DNA of 64,000 nucleotides, from positions 2,509 through 66,508 of the forward strand of contig JBGPQP010000005.1 of NCBI GenBank assembly GCA_041489155.1, in the 5' to 3' direction. This stretch comes from Candidatus Aenigmatarchaeota archaeon (GTDB taxonomy: Archaea; Aenigmatarchaeota; Aenigmatarchaeia; QMZP01; QMZT01). This document shows positions 10,605 through 19,998 of this stretch, piece by piece. Both the position numbers and the translations under genes were made by a program. The notes under the pieces were generated by a model that did no database searches, was not told where the DNA came from, and saw nothing but the letters and a program-made list of their open reading frames with translations. Numbering within the stretch: position 1 is the first letter of the stretch; every line of letters begins with the position of its first letter.

Positions 10605-11186
10605 ATGAGATTCGAATTGGCCAGGCAGGCAGTCCACCTGTCCGGCCTGCTTTTTGTGATAGTGGCGCAATTCGTCAGAAAAGAAATCGCTGTCAGTTAT
10701 TTCCTGCTGATAGCGCTTTTCTTCTTCATTTATTCATGGTACGTGAGGACCCAGGAAAAGAAAATTGCCGGCCTTCTGGGGAAACTGGAAGCGAGATTCA
10801 GGGATTTCACGCTGGGCTTTGAAAGAAAAAACGCCAATCCCTTTACAGGGGCAATGTTCTTCTATCTGGGCTGCGCCATCGCCTTTGCGCTGTTCCCGCT
10901 GCCTTTCGCTTCAGCCGCCTGCGCCATGCTGGCGATAGGCGACGCGCTGTCAACGGTGGTGGGAGTGAATTACGGGAAGCACGAGATATGCGGCAAGACC
11001 CTGGAAGGGGCAATAGCCTGTTTTTTCGGCTCGCTGGTTGCAGGCATATTTTTCGTCAATATTTACTTGGCTGTAACAGGAGCGTTTTTCGCTTCTCTGG
11101 CGGAGCTTGTCCCCAAAATAGACGACAACCTTACTATCCCCGTCTTTTCAGGCCTGGCGATGTTTTTGGTTTCACTTGCATTCTGA
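10605..11186 (+). CDS. Dolichol/phytol kinase-like CTP-dependent membrane kinase
   Basis: 'RQAVH', 'GDALSTVVG', 'GKTLEG', 'DDNLTIP'. Start placed at MRFEL; ORF track start is 10569. Confidence 0.82.
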   Translation: MRFELARQAVHLSGLLFVIVAQFVRKEIAVSYFLLIALFFFIYSWYVRTQEKKIAGLLGKLEARFRDFTLGFERKNANPFTGAMFFYLGCAIAFALFPLPFASAACAMLAIGDALSTVVGVNYGKHEICGKTLEGAIACFFGSLVAGIFFVNIYLAVTGAFFASLAELVPKIDDNLTIPVFSGLAMFLVSLAF

Positions 11187-11197
11187 AGTAAAACACG

Positions 11198-11629
11198 CTA
11201 ACCAGCGACTGATTTCTGCTTTCCTGACGTGAGAAACAGCTCGCTTATCTGCTCCACCAGCTTCGGTTCCGCCGCCATTATCTCCATAGCCGTCACTACG
11301 CCTACGAGGACATTGTTTTCGACGATGGGCAGCCTCTTTATGTTGTTGCTCGTCATTATCTCGGCGGCTTCGGCGACCTCGATTTCCGGGGAAATGATTA
11401 TGACCTTTTTGATCATTATCGTCTCGAGCTTCGCGCTTAAAACGTCCTTGCCGCCAATGGCGATCTTTCTGACGAAATCCCATTCAGTCACGATCCCCAG
11501 AAGCCTTTCCTTGTGCGTAACGATGAGGAATTTGGTGTTCTGGTCCACCATTTTTTTCGACGCCTCGTGCAGCGTCGCGGTCGGCTCGATGGTCACGACG
11601 TTCTTGTTCATTATCTCCTTCACTTGCAT
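11198..11629 (-). CDS. CBS-pair domain protein
   Basis: 'VKEIMNKNVVTI', 'GIVTEWD', 'IKRLPIV', 'GVVT'. Confidence 0.9.
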   Translation of the reverse strand: MQVKEIMNKNVVTIEPTATLHEASKKMVDQNTKFLIVTHKERLLGIVTEWDFVRKIAIGGKDVLSAKLETIMIKKVIIISPEIEVAEAAEIMTSNNIKRLPIVENNVLVGVVTAMEIMAAEPKLVEQISELFLTSGKQKSVAG

Positions 11630-11699
11630 ATTAAATAATTGTCCAGTCTGCTATTAATACATTTGAAACAGCCATATGCATAAGAGGTGTGCATGGCAA

Positions 11700-12590
11700 T
11701 TAAGCGCTAGAATAAGCGTATGCAGGCCTCGCGAAAGTAGTTTCCAGGAAATTCCTTGCGTATTTTTTTACTGTCGAATAAGCCTCTTTAAGACTATCTG
11801 CAAACGTGTAGCTCTGAACCAAATGGGTCGGAGAAGCCAAGCCGCTTGCATCAAGGGCATCAGAAGAGCGCTCCTTGAATCTGGCGTATGTTGAAGGGTC
11901 TTTCCTGGCCCTTTCTTTGATCTGGTAATTTGTCTGAAGACCCTTCATCACCTGGTCGGTCATGCCGTCATTCAAGCCTTCAATCATCGGTATTATCGCT
12001 TTGTTGGCCAGAAGGCCGGTGAAAGGCCTGATGTATTTAGGCAGCTTTCCCGCGTCAATCATTTCGCTCAAGGCCTCTTTCGTGGCTAGGTAAAGATGGT
12101 CGATCAGGTTTTCATCCCTGTCCTTCGCTGCTTCAGGCTTCAGGTCGATTTGCGTGTACTGATGCAGTTTTTCATGCACTATCGTTTTTAGCAGGTTGTA
12201 ATACGGGTTGCTCATCATTTTGTTGTAAAGATATTGGCCAAACCTGCTGTTTGAATTTTGCAGGTATCTGCCAAATTTATAGAAAAGATTTGTCCCGGGC
12301 ACAATGTGCTCGTTGACGCCTATCCTGCTGCCATCCCCTTTTATGTAAGCACCTACAACCCCTTCGTCACCGGCTTCTAGGCTTTCTACATAAACAGGTA
12401 TGGGTAGACCCTTTTTTCTTATGCCGTTTCTGCCAAGATAATCGCCAACAACCTGCTCAGCGCTGTGAACCGCGCTCTGCACCATGCGGTTCGCTGCCGG
12501 GTTAGGACCGAAAACGGTCGTCGCTGGCATGGCTGCTATGGTCTCGTCATAAAGCGCTCTTTCAGCTCCTTGCAAGGCTAATGGTAACAC
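11700..12590 (-). CDS. Hypothetical protein with HExxH motif (possible gluzincin)
   Basis: 'TIVHEKLH' plus downstream 'IEGLND'; GTG start preceded by AGGTAGA. Confidence 0.55.
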   Translation of the reverse strand: MLPLALQGAERALYDETIAAMPATTVFGPNPAANRMVQSAVHSAEQVVGDYLGRNGIRKKGLPIPVYVESLEAGDEGVVGAYIKGDGSRIGVNEHIVPGTNLFYKFGRYLQNSNSRFGQYLYNKMMSNPYYNLLKTIVHEKLHQYTQIDLKPEAAKDRDENLIDHLYLATKEALSEMIDAGKLPKYIRPFTGLLANKAIIPMIEGLNDGMTDQVMKGLQTNYQIKERARKDPSTYARFKERSSDALDASGLASPTHLVQSYTFADSLKEAYSTVKKYARNFLETTFARPAYAYSSA

Positions 12591-12777
12591 ACAAATCTAC
12601 CTGTTTATGCTATCTGTTTGTATATTTATATACTTTTTAGTGGCAAAAATAGCTTCAATTAGCCGCCTTATAGCGGATTTGCAGGCTGTTTTAAGGCAAC
12701 GTTTAAACATTTCCTATAACATCGTTATCTATTTCTATGGGCTCGGCACAATTATTAAATAATAAGAAGATAGGAAG

Positions 12778-13665
12778 ATGGCCGATATGCTTATCCGTAA
12801 GAAGAGCCTCAAGATACAGGAAAGGCTTGGGATGAGAATAGGCGTCGCTTACGGCAGCGCCAAAATCCCCGTTGTGAAGAAGGCCAGCGACGCGCTTAAC
12901 GTACTGGAAGACCTGTACAAGGTCGGCTTCAAGGCCTTCCTCCTGCCTCGCCAGCTTTTCGACAACGTGAAGGACATGTCCGACCTGTACAAAGACCATT
13001 ACACCAACTTGCTGAGGATAAAGACCATCGCCTCCAAATACAACATCGAGCTCGCCATACACAACAATGCCATGCCCGAAGAGCCGATGCTCGACAACGC
13101 CTTCAAGATATACTGCAACATCGCGAATGTCATGGACGCGAAAACGCTTATAATCCATCCCACCTTCTATTCGCGCATGCCGCATCAGCAGGCGCTCCGC
13201 CTGACGGTGCACAAGGTAAACGAAGTCGTGAATGAGATGCGCACGAGGATGAAAATCGGCATAGAGACGACTGGAAAGATCGATGAGCTGGGCAGCGTAG
13301 AAGACGTGATAGACATGGTGAAGCGCACGACGCGAACTGAACCGATCCTCAACTGGGCCCACATACACGGCAGGGACCGCGGCCTGCTGACGCACGAATC
13401 CGATTTCAGGAGGATAATAGACAAGGTGCGCGCCGAAGTCGGGCAGCAGTGGTTGAACGACGCCTATTTCATTTTCTCCGGCGTCACTTACGAAAGGAGT
13501 GGCGCCATACAACACAAACCCATCGCAAGATCCGAAATGCGCCTCGAGCATCTCGTGAAATCCATACAGGCTCTCAGCATAAAGGGCACGCTGATTTTCG
13601 AGACGCCCAACAGGGAAGAGGACGTCGTCGACCTGCTGCAGGAGATAGGCGACATGGTCAGGTGA
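12778..13665 (+). CDS. Endonuclease IV-like TIM-barrel protein (divergent)
   Basis: 'IHP', 'ETTGK', 'WAHIHGR', 'FSG', 'FETP' follow the archaeal EndoIV pattern. Confidence 0.75.
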   Translation: MADMLIRKKSLKIQERLGMRIGVAYGSAKIPVVKKASDALNVLEDLYKVGFKAFLLPRQLFDNVKDMSDLYKDHYTNLLRIKTIASKYNIELAIHNNAMPEEPMLDNAFKIYCNIANVMDAKTLIIHPTFYSRMPHQQALRLTVHKVNEVVNEMRTRMKIGIETTGKIDELGSVEDVIDMVKRTTRTEPILNWAHIHGRDRGLLTHESDFRRIIDKVRAEVGQQWLNDAYFIFSGVTYERSGAIQHKPIARSEMRLEHLVKSIQALSIKGTLIFETPNREEDVVDLLQEIGDMVR

Positions 13666-13683
13666 CGAGAGAAAGGCGATGAG

Positions 13684-14241
13684 ATGATAATAACGCTTTC
13701 TGGCATGCCTGGTTCAGGCAAGACGACGGTCGCGAAGCTGCTCGCGAAGCGCCTGAGGATGAAGCATTATTATATGGGCATGATGAGGCGCAGGATGGCG
13801 AAGGAACGGGGGATGACCCTTGCCGAGTTGAATGAACTGGGCGAAAAAGAGGCGTGGACGGATAGGCTTGTCGATGATTACCAGCGTGAACTGGGGAGGA
13901 AAGAGGACAACTTCATAATCGAGGGCAGGACCAGCTTTTTCCTCATACCGCATTCAGTCAAGATATTTCTCGACGTTGACCTCACGACAGGCGCGCGCAG
14001 GATTTTCATGGACATGAAAAAGGGCGACTGCGAGAGGAACGAGGGTGAGCTGAAAACCCTTGATGACGTCATAAGAAGCGTTAAAGAAAGGACTGCGAGC
14101 GACAGGAAGAGGTACTTGAAATATTACAAAAAAGACTTCACGAATAAAAAAAATTACGATCTAGTTATAGACACTACGAAACTGACGCCGCAGCAGGTTG
14201 TGGAGAAGATAATCAGAATGATAAAACAGAAAAAGCAATGA
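13684..14241 (+). CDS. cmk: Cytidylate kinase (archaeal type)
   Basis: 'ITLSGMPGSGKTT', 'IEGR', 'RYLKYY', 'YDLVIDT'. Confidence 0.88.
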   Translation: MIITLSGMPGSGKTTVAKLLAKRLRMKHYYMGMMRRRMAKERGMTLAELNELGEKEAWTDRLVDDYQRELGRKEDNFIIEGRTSFFLIPHSVKIFLDVDLTTGARRIFMDMKKGDCERNEGELKTLDDVIRSVKERTASDRKRYLKYYKKDFTNKKNYDLVIDTTKLTPQQVVEKIIRMIKQKKQ

Positions 14242-14245
14242 GCGT

Positions 14246-15439
14246 TCAGGTTTTGATCTTGCCCCTGATGATTTTGCCCGCTTCCTTTATGAACTTTCTG
14301 ACGTATTCCCTGTGCATGAGGATGTCGTTCTTCTGCAGGTCGAGGATCTTCCCCTCCTTCACCAGCTTCTTCATCTTGTCAAGCTCGTTGAAAACCTCGA
14401 GATAGGTGTCGGCGACGAGGCCGGGCTTGACGACATACTCCTCGAAATACTGCCCTATCTTCTCCTCGTTCTGCGGCAGCTTGTCCATCGATTTGAGTAT
14501 GGTCATTATGGTCTCGGCCATTATCGAATACGACTTCTCGATAAGGTTCTCGCGCTTCAGCACTTCGATGCGGACGAGCGTCTTCTGCATCTCCTTCACG
14601 AACTTCTTCGACTTATCTATCCACTCGTCCAGCTCCTGCCCCGGCAGGGCTTTCATCTGTTTGTGCTCGATTTCTTTCCTTCTTTTTATGATGCCGTCCA
14701 GCCAGTCTGCGTATTCGGGCTTCACCAGCTTCATCTCGACGAGCGTTTTCTTCATCGCGTCCGCGGCGTCGCTGGGTCTCGGCGGGTTCTTGCCGAGAAA
14801 CATGAGCACGGCCTGCAGGCTTTCCAGCATCGCGTAGTAGCAGTCTTCAGCGACCATGTACATCTTGGCCTGCTCGACCCGCTTTATCCTCTTGGGCGCG
14901 CGGTCGATGTATTTCTCGACCGCCTCCTTCGACGGCTTTATCTCGCCCATCTGCAGCAGGCGTTTTATCGGCAGGAAAATGTCGCGGTCGAACACCGGGA
15001 CGCCTTCGCGTATGAAATTGAAGACGATGGGATGCCCTATTCTCACCATGTTCCAGAATTCAGTCAGCAGGTATGGTTGCTGGACCGAGAGCTTGTCCGA
15101 CAGCTTCTTCGCTATGACGTCAAGCTCTTCCTCCATCTGCTCTTTAAGAGTGGGCGATATCTTGTGCTTGGTGTCGTCGATGATTATGAATACGTCGATG
15201 TCGCTTTCCTTGTGCCATGAGCCGCGCGCGCTAGAGCCGAAGAGCACGACAGAACGTATCATCGAGCCGTATTTTTTGAGAATTTCCTTCGTGAAATTCT
15301 TGATTATCTGGACCCTTTTCTTTTCGTCAGCGGCCTTGTCGTAGGCTTCCTGCTTTTTTGTCTTTTTGCCCTTGCCTGCCTTTGCCGCTTCCTTTGCTTC
15401 CGTCTTCGCTGCCTTTTTGTCCGCCTGCGTCTTGGCCAT
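14246..15439 (-). CDS. Minimal nucleotidyltransferase fused to HEPN domain(s)
   Basis: 'LFGSSARG...SDIDV' followed by HEPN 'CYYAMLES' and 'RKEIEH'. Start placed at MAKTQ. Confidence 0.8.
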   Translation of the reverse strand: MAKTQADKKAAKTEAKEAAKAGKGKKTKKQEAYDKAADEKKRVQIIKNFTKEILKKYGSMIRSVVLFGSSARGSWHKESDIDVFIIIDDTKHKISPTLKEQMEEELDVIAKKLSDKLSVQQPYLLTEFWNMVRIGHPIVFNFIREGVPVFDRDIFLPIKRLLQMGEIKPSKEAVEKYIDRAPKRIKRVEQAKMYMVAEDCYYAMLESLQAVLMFLGKNPPRPSDAADAMKKTLVEMKLVKPEYADWLDGIIKRRKEIEHKQMKALPGQELDEWIDKSKKFVKEMQKTLVRIEVLKRENLIEKSYSIMAETIMTILKSMDKLPQNEEKIGQYFEEYVVKPGLVADTYLEVFNELDKMKKLVKEGKILDLQKNDILMHREYVRKFIKEAGKIIRGKIKT

Positions 15440-15500
15440 ATGAATAATTGAATGCCAGAAATTTATAAGTTTAAAATGCAGGCGGCTCAAATAATTAATT

Positions 15501-17978
15501 ATGCAACCCAAACAGGCGGCAGTCGCAGTTTCGAGCTTCTTCGCCTGCTATCTCATATTCTCTCTGTCGTTCGTTTTGGCGTACGAGATCGGGGATTTTT
15601 TTAACGGCGGCAAGGTCAGACTGGCGCTGGAGCCGGTAATGAAGATTGTTGACGACATCAAGCCGCTTACCTGCGCCTCTTCGGGTTCGTTTATTCTGCA
15701 TGCCTATGTCGAAAACATACCAGAATTCGACATAACGGGCATAGACGCATCGGTTTACGAAGCGTCGAACGATGTCTATTACAACGTGACTTCAGCGGTC
15801 TCCTGTGGTCCGAGAACCGGCCTCATAAGCAATCAGGAATTCGCCTGCACGGTCAACGTCAAGGAGTTGCTGACCAAGCTGCCGAAATGCCCGATGGAAA
15901 TGATGGAGAACGCTTTCTACCTGACCGCTGAAATCGCTTACGGCAAAAACAAGGAGAAGGTGACCGAGTCGAAAGTCCTGACGCTCATAAGGCAGGGCAT
16001 AAAGCCGGAGATGGAAATAGACTTCGCTGTTTCCCGTCCAGCCTACCCAGTGCCTGAAATAAACTGCGTGACTGGCAGCGAGATAGACGTGCCAGTGGTT
16101 ATACGCAATGCAGAAGCCATGTTCGGCAGCATAGGCTGGTCGTATGTTGCAGGCAACATAACTTCCTCGCAGATAAGCTGCAATAAAATAATGAGCAGGG
16201 AGGACGAGGGAAGGGAGGACATATACCTCTGCATCCTGACTGTCCCCAGCACGCTGTTCCCGAAATGCGAGGACGGCACAGAAGTCACGGTCACTATAGG
16301 CGCGAGAACCAGCGAGCATAACCTCAACAGCAGCTTCACGACCGTTCTTGTTTCCGAAGAGCTCCAGCTCGCCCTGAAAGTTTCCGGCATGAAAAAGGTC
16401 GACTGCCAGATAATAGATGAGGAAGGCACCTGCGTACCCAAAGAGCCGCAGCGCAACGTCACCGTCACCATCACGGGCAACGCGCCTGAAAGGCTGAAGG
16501 TCTTCGAGAGCAAGTACAAGCTCGGCAGCGAGAAGGAGAGCACGGTTTCCTGCAGGCAGATAAGCACCAACAGATACGAATGCGCGACTTTCGTGACCAT
16601 CGACAAGCTGCCCGTCCCTGCAAGCGTAGACGAGACTACAAATGCCTCAAGGGACCTTAGCGTCACATTCGAGGTCAAGTATCTGAATTACTACAAGAGC
16701 ATAACCTCCTCGACGGATGTTACCATGGAGGGCAAGGCGCTGGACGAGCTGATAAACACGATGAAGACACTAGACGAGGAAAATAAGTTTCTGAAGGCCC
16801 TTGAAAAACTTGTAACGGCGCTCAACAATGCGATAAAAGTTGTAGACTTCGTAAGCAAATGCTGCACGTTCCCAAGCATGATAAACCAGTTGGGGCAAAA
16901 GGTAATAGGCAAGGGTGCGACCAAAAAAACCCTCAGTGAATTCGTAAAGGATTTTGTTGAAAACAAACTGGAAGAAAAACTGCTCAAGTATTTAGGTTAC
17001 GATGTTGCCCTCAAAAAAACATTTGGCACCTATGCAAAGAAGATTTTCGAGTATTTTGCCAAGGATTTCCTGAAGAAGCTCGTTCTGGACACCATTAAAC
17101 AGATAGGCGTCGATAGCATCTGGTGCATAGCTTTGGGCGGGTCAAAGGTAATTGAAGAGCAGCAAAAGAATCTTGACAAGTTCGAGAAAGGCGAAATAAA
17201 TTCAATGAATGTGCCGCAGAATTTCGGAGACTACGTGTGGGAGATGATTAAGGCCAACGCGCCGAATTGTTTTAAACAGTCCTTCTGGAACCAGTTCAAA
17301 GACACCACCAAGTTACTTGCATACCTTTGCATACTCGTGGGCGCTATTGTCACGTACTTCATTCCCGTTGCCATGAGTCTGATATGCAACTACTTGTCAA
17401 CTGGCGCAGGAGTAATCAGCCTCGTGCTAAACGTAGCAGTGATGCTCATCTCGGTGATGACCGCATGGGATGCCTACCAACGCGTGCACAAGGCAGTCGC
17501 CCTCGCGACGGAGAGAATAAACCTGCAGACCAAGGCCAGCAACATCATGCAGGAATACGCAACTGACCTCCAGAACACCATGCAGAACTTGCTCATGAGC
17601 CAGGCGGCTGCGGCGATATTCACCGAGGCTTTCAATCCCCCGATGGAAACAACAAAACTCATATTTTATTCAGACAGGACTGGCGTCTTGGGGCAGGGCG
17701 ATGACATCTGCACCGGGGATGAGATAACCATAGAGTACAATTTCGACAAGCTCAACCAGACGAGCGGCTTCACTTCGCAGTTGGCCATGACCAATTCGCA
17801 TTCGAAGACCCTGCGCTTCGACGCCCTTAACGGCACGTACGGGCCATACCAGACGGACAAGCTGCTCGGCACTGATCCCGCGAACGACCCTTCCGAGGAT
17901 TACACCTTCACCCTCTCCTACGGGAGCAGGAGGCTGGATTACAAGCTGCATTATGTTAATCATGAATGCGTCACGTAA
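15501..17978 (+). CDS. Cys-rich secreted/membrane protein: about 3 Ig-like domains, helical hydrophobic region, C-terminal beta domain (gene A)
   Basis: Signal peptide, paired Cys, NxS/T sequons, late hydrophobic helices; colinear with the C-terminal half of 21876..28865. Confidence 0.75.
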   Translation: MQPKQAAVAVSSFFACYLIFSLSFVLAYEIGDFFNGGKVRLALEPVMKIVDDIKPLTCASSGSFILHAYVENIPEFDITGIDASVYEASNDVYYNVTSAVSCGPRTGLISNQEFACTVNVKELLTKLPKCPMEMMENAFYLTAEIAYGKNKEKVTESKVLTLIRQGIKPEMEIDFAVSRPAYPVPEINCVTGSEIDVPVVIRNAEAMFGSIGWSYVAGNITSSQISCNKIMSREDEGREDIYLCILTVPSTLFPKCEDGTEVTVTIGARTSEHNLNSSFTTVLVSEELQLALKVSGMKKVDCQIIDEEGTCVPKEPQRNVTVTITGNAPERLKVFESKYKLGSEKESTVSCRQISTNRYECATFVTIDKLPVPASVDETTNASRDLSVTFEVKYLNYYKSITSSTDVTMEGKALDELINTMKTLDEENKFLKALEKLVTALNNAIKVVDFVSKCCTFPSMINQLGQKVIGKGATKKTLSEFVKDFVENKLEEKLLKYLGYDVALKKTFGTYAKKIFEYFAKDFLKKLVLDTIKQIGVDSIWCIALGGSKVIEEQQKNLDKFEKGEINSMNVPQNFGDYVWEMIKANAPNCFKQSFWNQFKDTTKLLAYLCILVGAIVTYFIPVAMSLICNYLSTGAGVISLVLNVAVMLISVMTAWDAYQRVHKAVALATERINLQTKASNIMQEYATDLQNTMQNLLMSQAAAAIFTEAFNPPMETTKLIFYSDRTGVLGQGDDICTGDEITIEYNFDKLNQTSGFTSQLAMTNSHSKTLRFDALNGTYGPYQTDKLLGTDPANDPSEDYTFTLSYGSRRLDYKLHYVNHECVT

Positions 17979-17989
17979 ACGATGATAGA

Positions 17990-19900
17990 ATGAAATTGAA
18001 TATCCGAAAGAAAGGGCAGGTGGAATTTGTCGTAATTGCAGCCCTGATAATCATAGCCATCGCTGTCATGATCCTTGCCTCGAGGCAGTTTGTCATCAAT
18101 CCGCCTGTCACGACCGGCATACCTGACGAGGCGAAGACGATAAAAGACGCCGTAATGAATCTCATAAAGGCAGGCACCAATGACAGGCTGGCACTGATAT
18201 ACAATCAGGGCGGCACCTTCAGACCAGGTTACTCCGTCAAATTCGGCATGTTCGACACGGAGGTGTGGCTGGCATGCGGCAACCAGAAAATCCCTGACGT
18301 CTCGCAGGAGATCGGCGCTGCCATACTCGATTACCTCAGGGAAAACCTGCAAGACGAGATGAATTTCTACGGTAAAAACACGCAGTTCGATTTCAGCAAA
18401 TCAAGATACGAAGTGGAGATTTTCAAGGACAAGATAAGCATCCGCATATATCTGCCGACGCTGGTTGAAGCGTATGAAATGCCGCAACCATATGAAGTCA
18501 TTGTCGACAGCAAACTTTATGATGTGCTCGAGCTTTCGAAAAACCTTGTAAAAGACGCGAGCGAAACCAGCTTCTTCGAGATGGTAACCCTGGCGACCAT
18601 GATTAATACCAATCCCGAAAATAAAACTTGGACGCCGCTCGCGGGCGCAAGGGCAGGTTGCGGCAACTACCTTTTCAGAACAAGGACACAGCTGCTGTCC
18701 GGCATAAAGGAGGTTGCCAGATACACGGCTTCTCATATCGTCTGGAACAACAGGGGTCTAAGGCTCGCAGAAAACCCGTTCTATCCGCTGACCGGAGTGG
18801 GCGGCAAAGATTATTCCGACATGGATGTTATGTTTTCCTATCCCACTTCATGGGACTCAGAAATGGACAAATATTTCACTTTTTCACCGGATCCGCTGCG
18901 CGTCATACCAAAACCGCCCATACCCCTCGTACCCTTCTGCATGAGTTCCTATGCCGTGAGTTACAACCTGCGTTATCCGATAATCGTCATGGTGCATGAC
19001 TCGATCCTCAATCAATGGCTCAAATTCGGGGTCATGGTCAACATAGAAGACACCGCTCCTGGAAACTGCTCCGTGCAGATGGGCAATGCGTCGCAGTACG
19101 CAAAGCTTTGCATAAGCAACGCCAAATGCGATGCGGAAATAAAGGTCAAGAACACCACAGGAGACCTGATGCAGGGCGTTGACGTCGGCTTCTACATATG
19201 CGACCTAGGCACCACGAACGAAAAAGGCGTGGTTGAAGGCAAAATTCCGTGCATGATAAGCGAGTTGAGCGCCTTCAAACCCGGTTACAAGAGCTATGGC
19301 GATTTGGTATCCTCGGATGATTTGAAGGACAAGACTGTGAAGATGACAAGGGTCGCCGAGAACATATCGATATATATGAAAGGCCTTAAAACATACGCCT
19401 CAGGCGACGGTTTGGACGGCACTGACGATGACGGCAAATACGCTAACTATGCCGTTGTTGACAAGGCCAAAGACATAGCTGACCTAGGTTATGATGAATT
19501 CGACCTGAACCTGACAACCACCATCGCCTTCTCGCCGGCCGACCCGAACTATTTTACAGGTGAGGACACGCCGCTTGTTATACTGAACTATGACAACAAC
19601 TGGAATGCGGTGTCAGCGGTGAATGTTTCCGGTCTGCTGCCGATAGGATATAACATATTAGTTGCTGTAAACACGGAAGACGGTGACGACAGCCTGCCGG
19701 TTGGCTTCCTCAATACATCATACACGCTACAGGAAGGCCAGACATCGCTTTACTTTTACATACCAGTCGTGGTCAAGGGGGACGGCCTTTTTGATCTGGA
19801 TGCACCCGGCATCGACGCCAGCGAGGCCGACCAGCTGACAAACCTTGCCATAAGCACCTGCGGCGCGGCAATCAGCAAGGACGAAATCACAACTTGCTGA
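17990..19900 (+). CDS. Large type IV pilin-like protein with class III signal peptide (gene B)
   Basis: 'RKKG/QVEFVVIAALIIIAIAVMIL' then 'YNQGG'; paralog of the next gene. Confidence 0.75.
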   Translation: MKLNIRKKGQVEFVVIAALIIIAIAVMILASRQFVINPPVTTGIPDEAKTIKDAVMNLIKAGTNDRLALIYNQGGTFRPGYSVKFGMFDTEVWLACGNQKIPDVSQEIGAAILDYLRENLQDEMNFYGKNTQFDFSKSRYEVEIFKDKISIRIYLPTLVEAYEMPQPYEVIVDSKLYDVLELSKNLVKDASETSFFEMVTLATMINTNPENKTWTPLAGARAGCGNYLFRTRTQLLSGIKEVARYTASHIVWNNRGLRLAENPFYPLTGVGGKDYSDMDVMFSYPTSWDSEMDKYFTFSPDPLRVIPKPPIPLVPFCMSSYAVSYNLRYPIIVMVHDSILNQWLKFGVMVNIEDTAPGNCSVQMGNASQYAKLCISNAKCDAEIKVKNTTGDLMQGVDVGFYICDLGTTNEKGVVEGKIPCMISELSAFKPGYKSYGDLVSSDDLKDKTVKMTRVAENISIYMKGLKTYASGDGLDGTDDDGKYANYAVVDKAKDIADLGYDEFDLNLTTTIAFSPADPNYFTGEDTPLVILNYDNNWNAVSAVNVSGLLPIGYNILVAVNTEDGDDSLPVGFLNTSYTLQEGQTSLYFYIPVVVKGDGLFDLDAPGIDASEADQLTNLAISTCGAAISKDEITTC

Positions 19901-19962
19901 TTTTGCTCATTTTTAGACATATTGAAACGCCAAAAAGACATGCCTGCGCCTGTGTGGTACAT

Positions 19963-19975
19963 GAAAAGGTTATAA
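19963..19975 (+). promoter_or_regulatory. Putative BRE-TATA promoter for gene B'
   Basis: GAAAAGGTTATAA about 25 nt upstream of ATG 19999. Confidence 0.5.
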
Positions 19976-19998
19976 GTGATACTATGAAATATTATTAT

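Noticed and set aside
12703-13551. 282-aa minus-strand ORF
   Set aside because: Antisense to the EndoIV-like gene.
14312-15220. 302-aa plus-strand ORF
   Set aside because: Antisense shadow of the MNT-HEPN gene.
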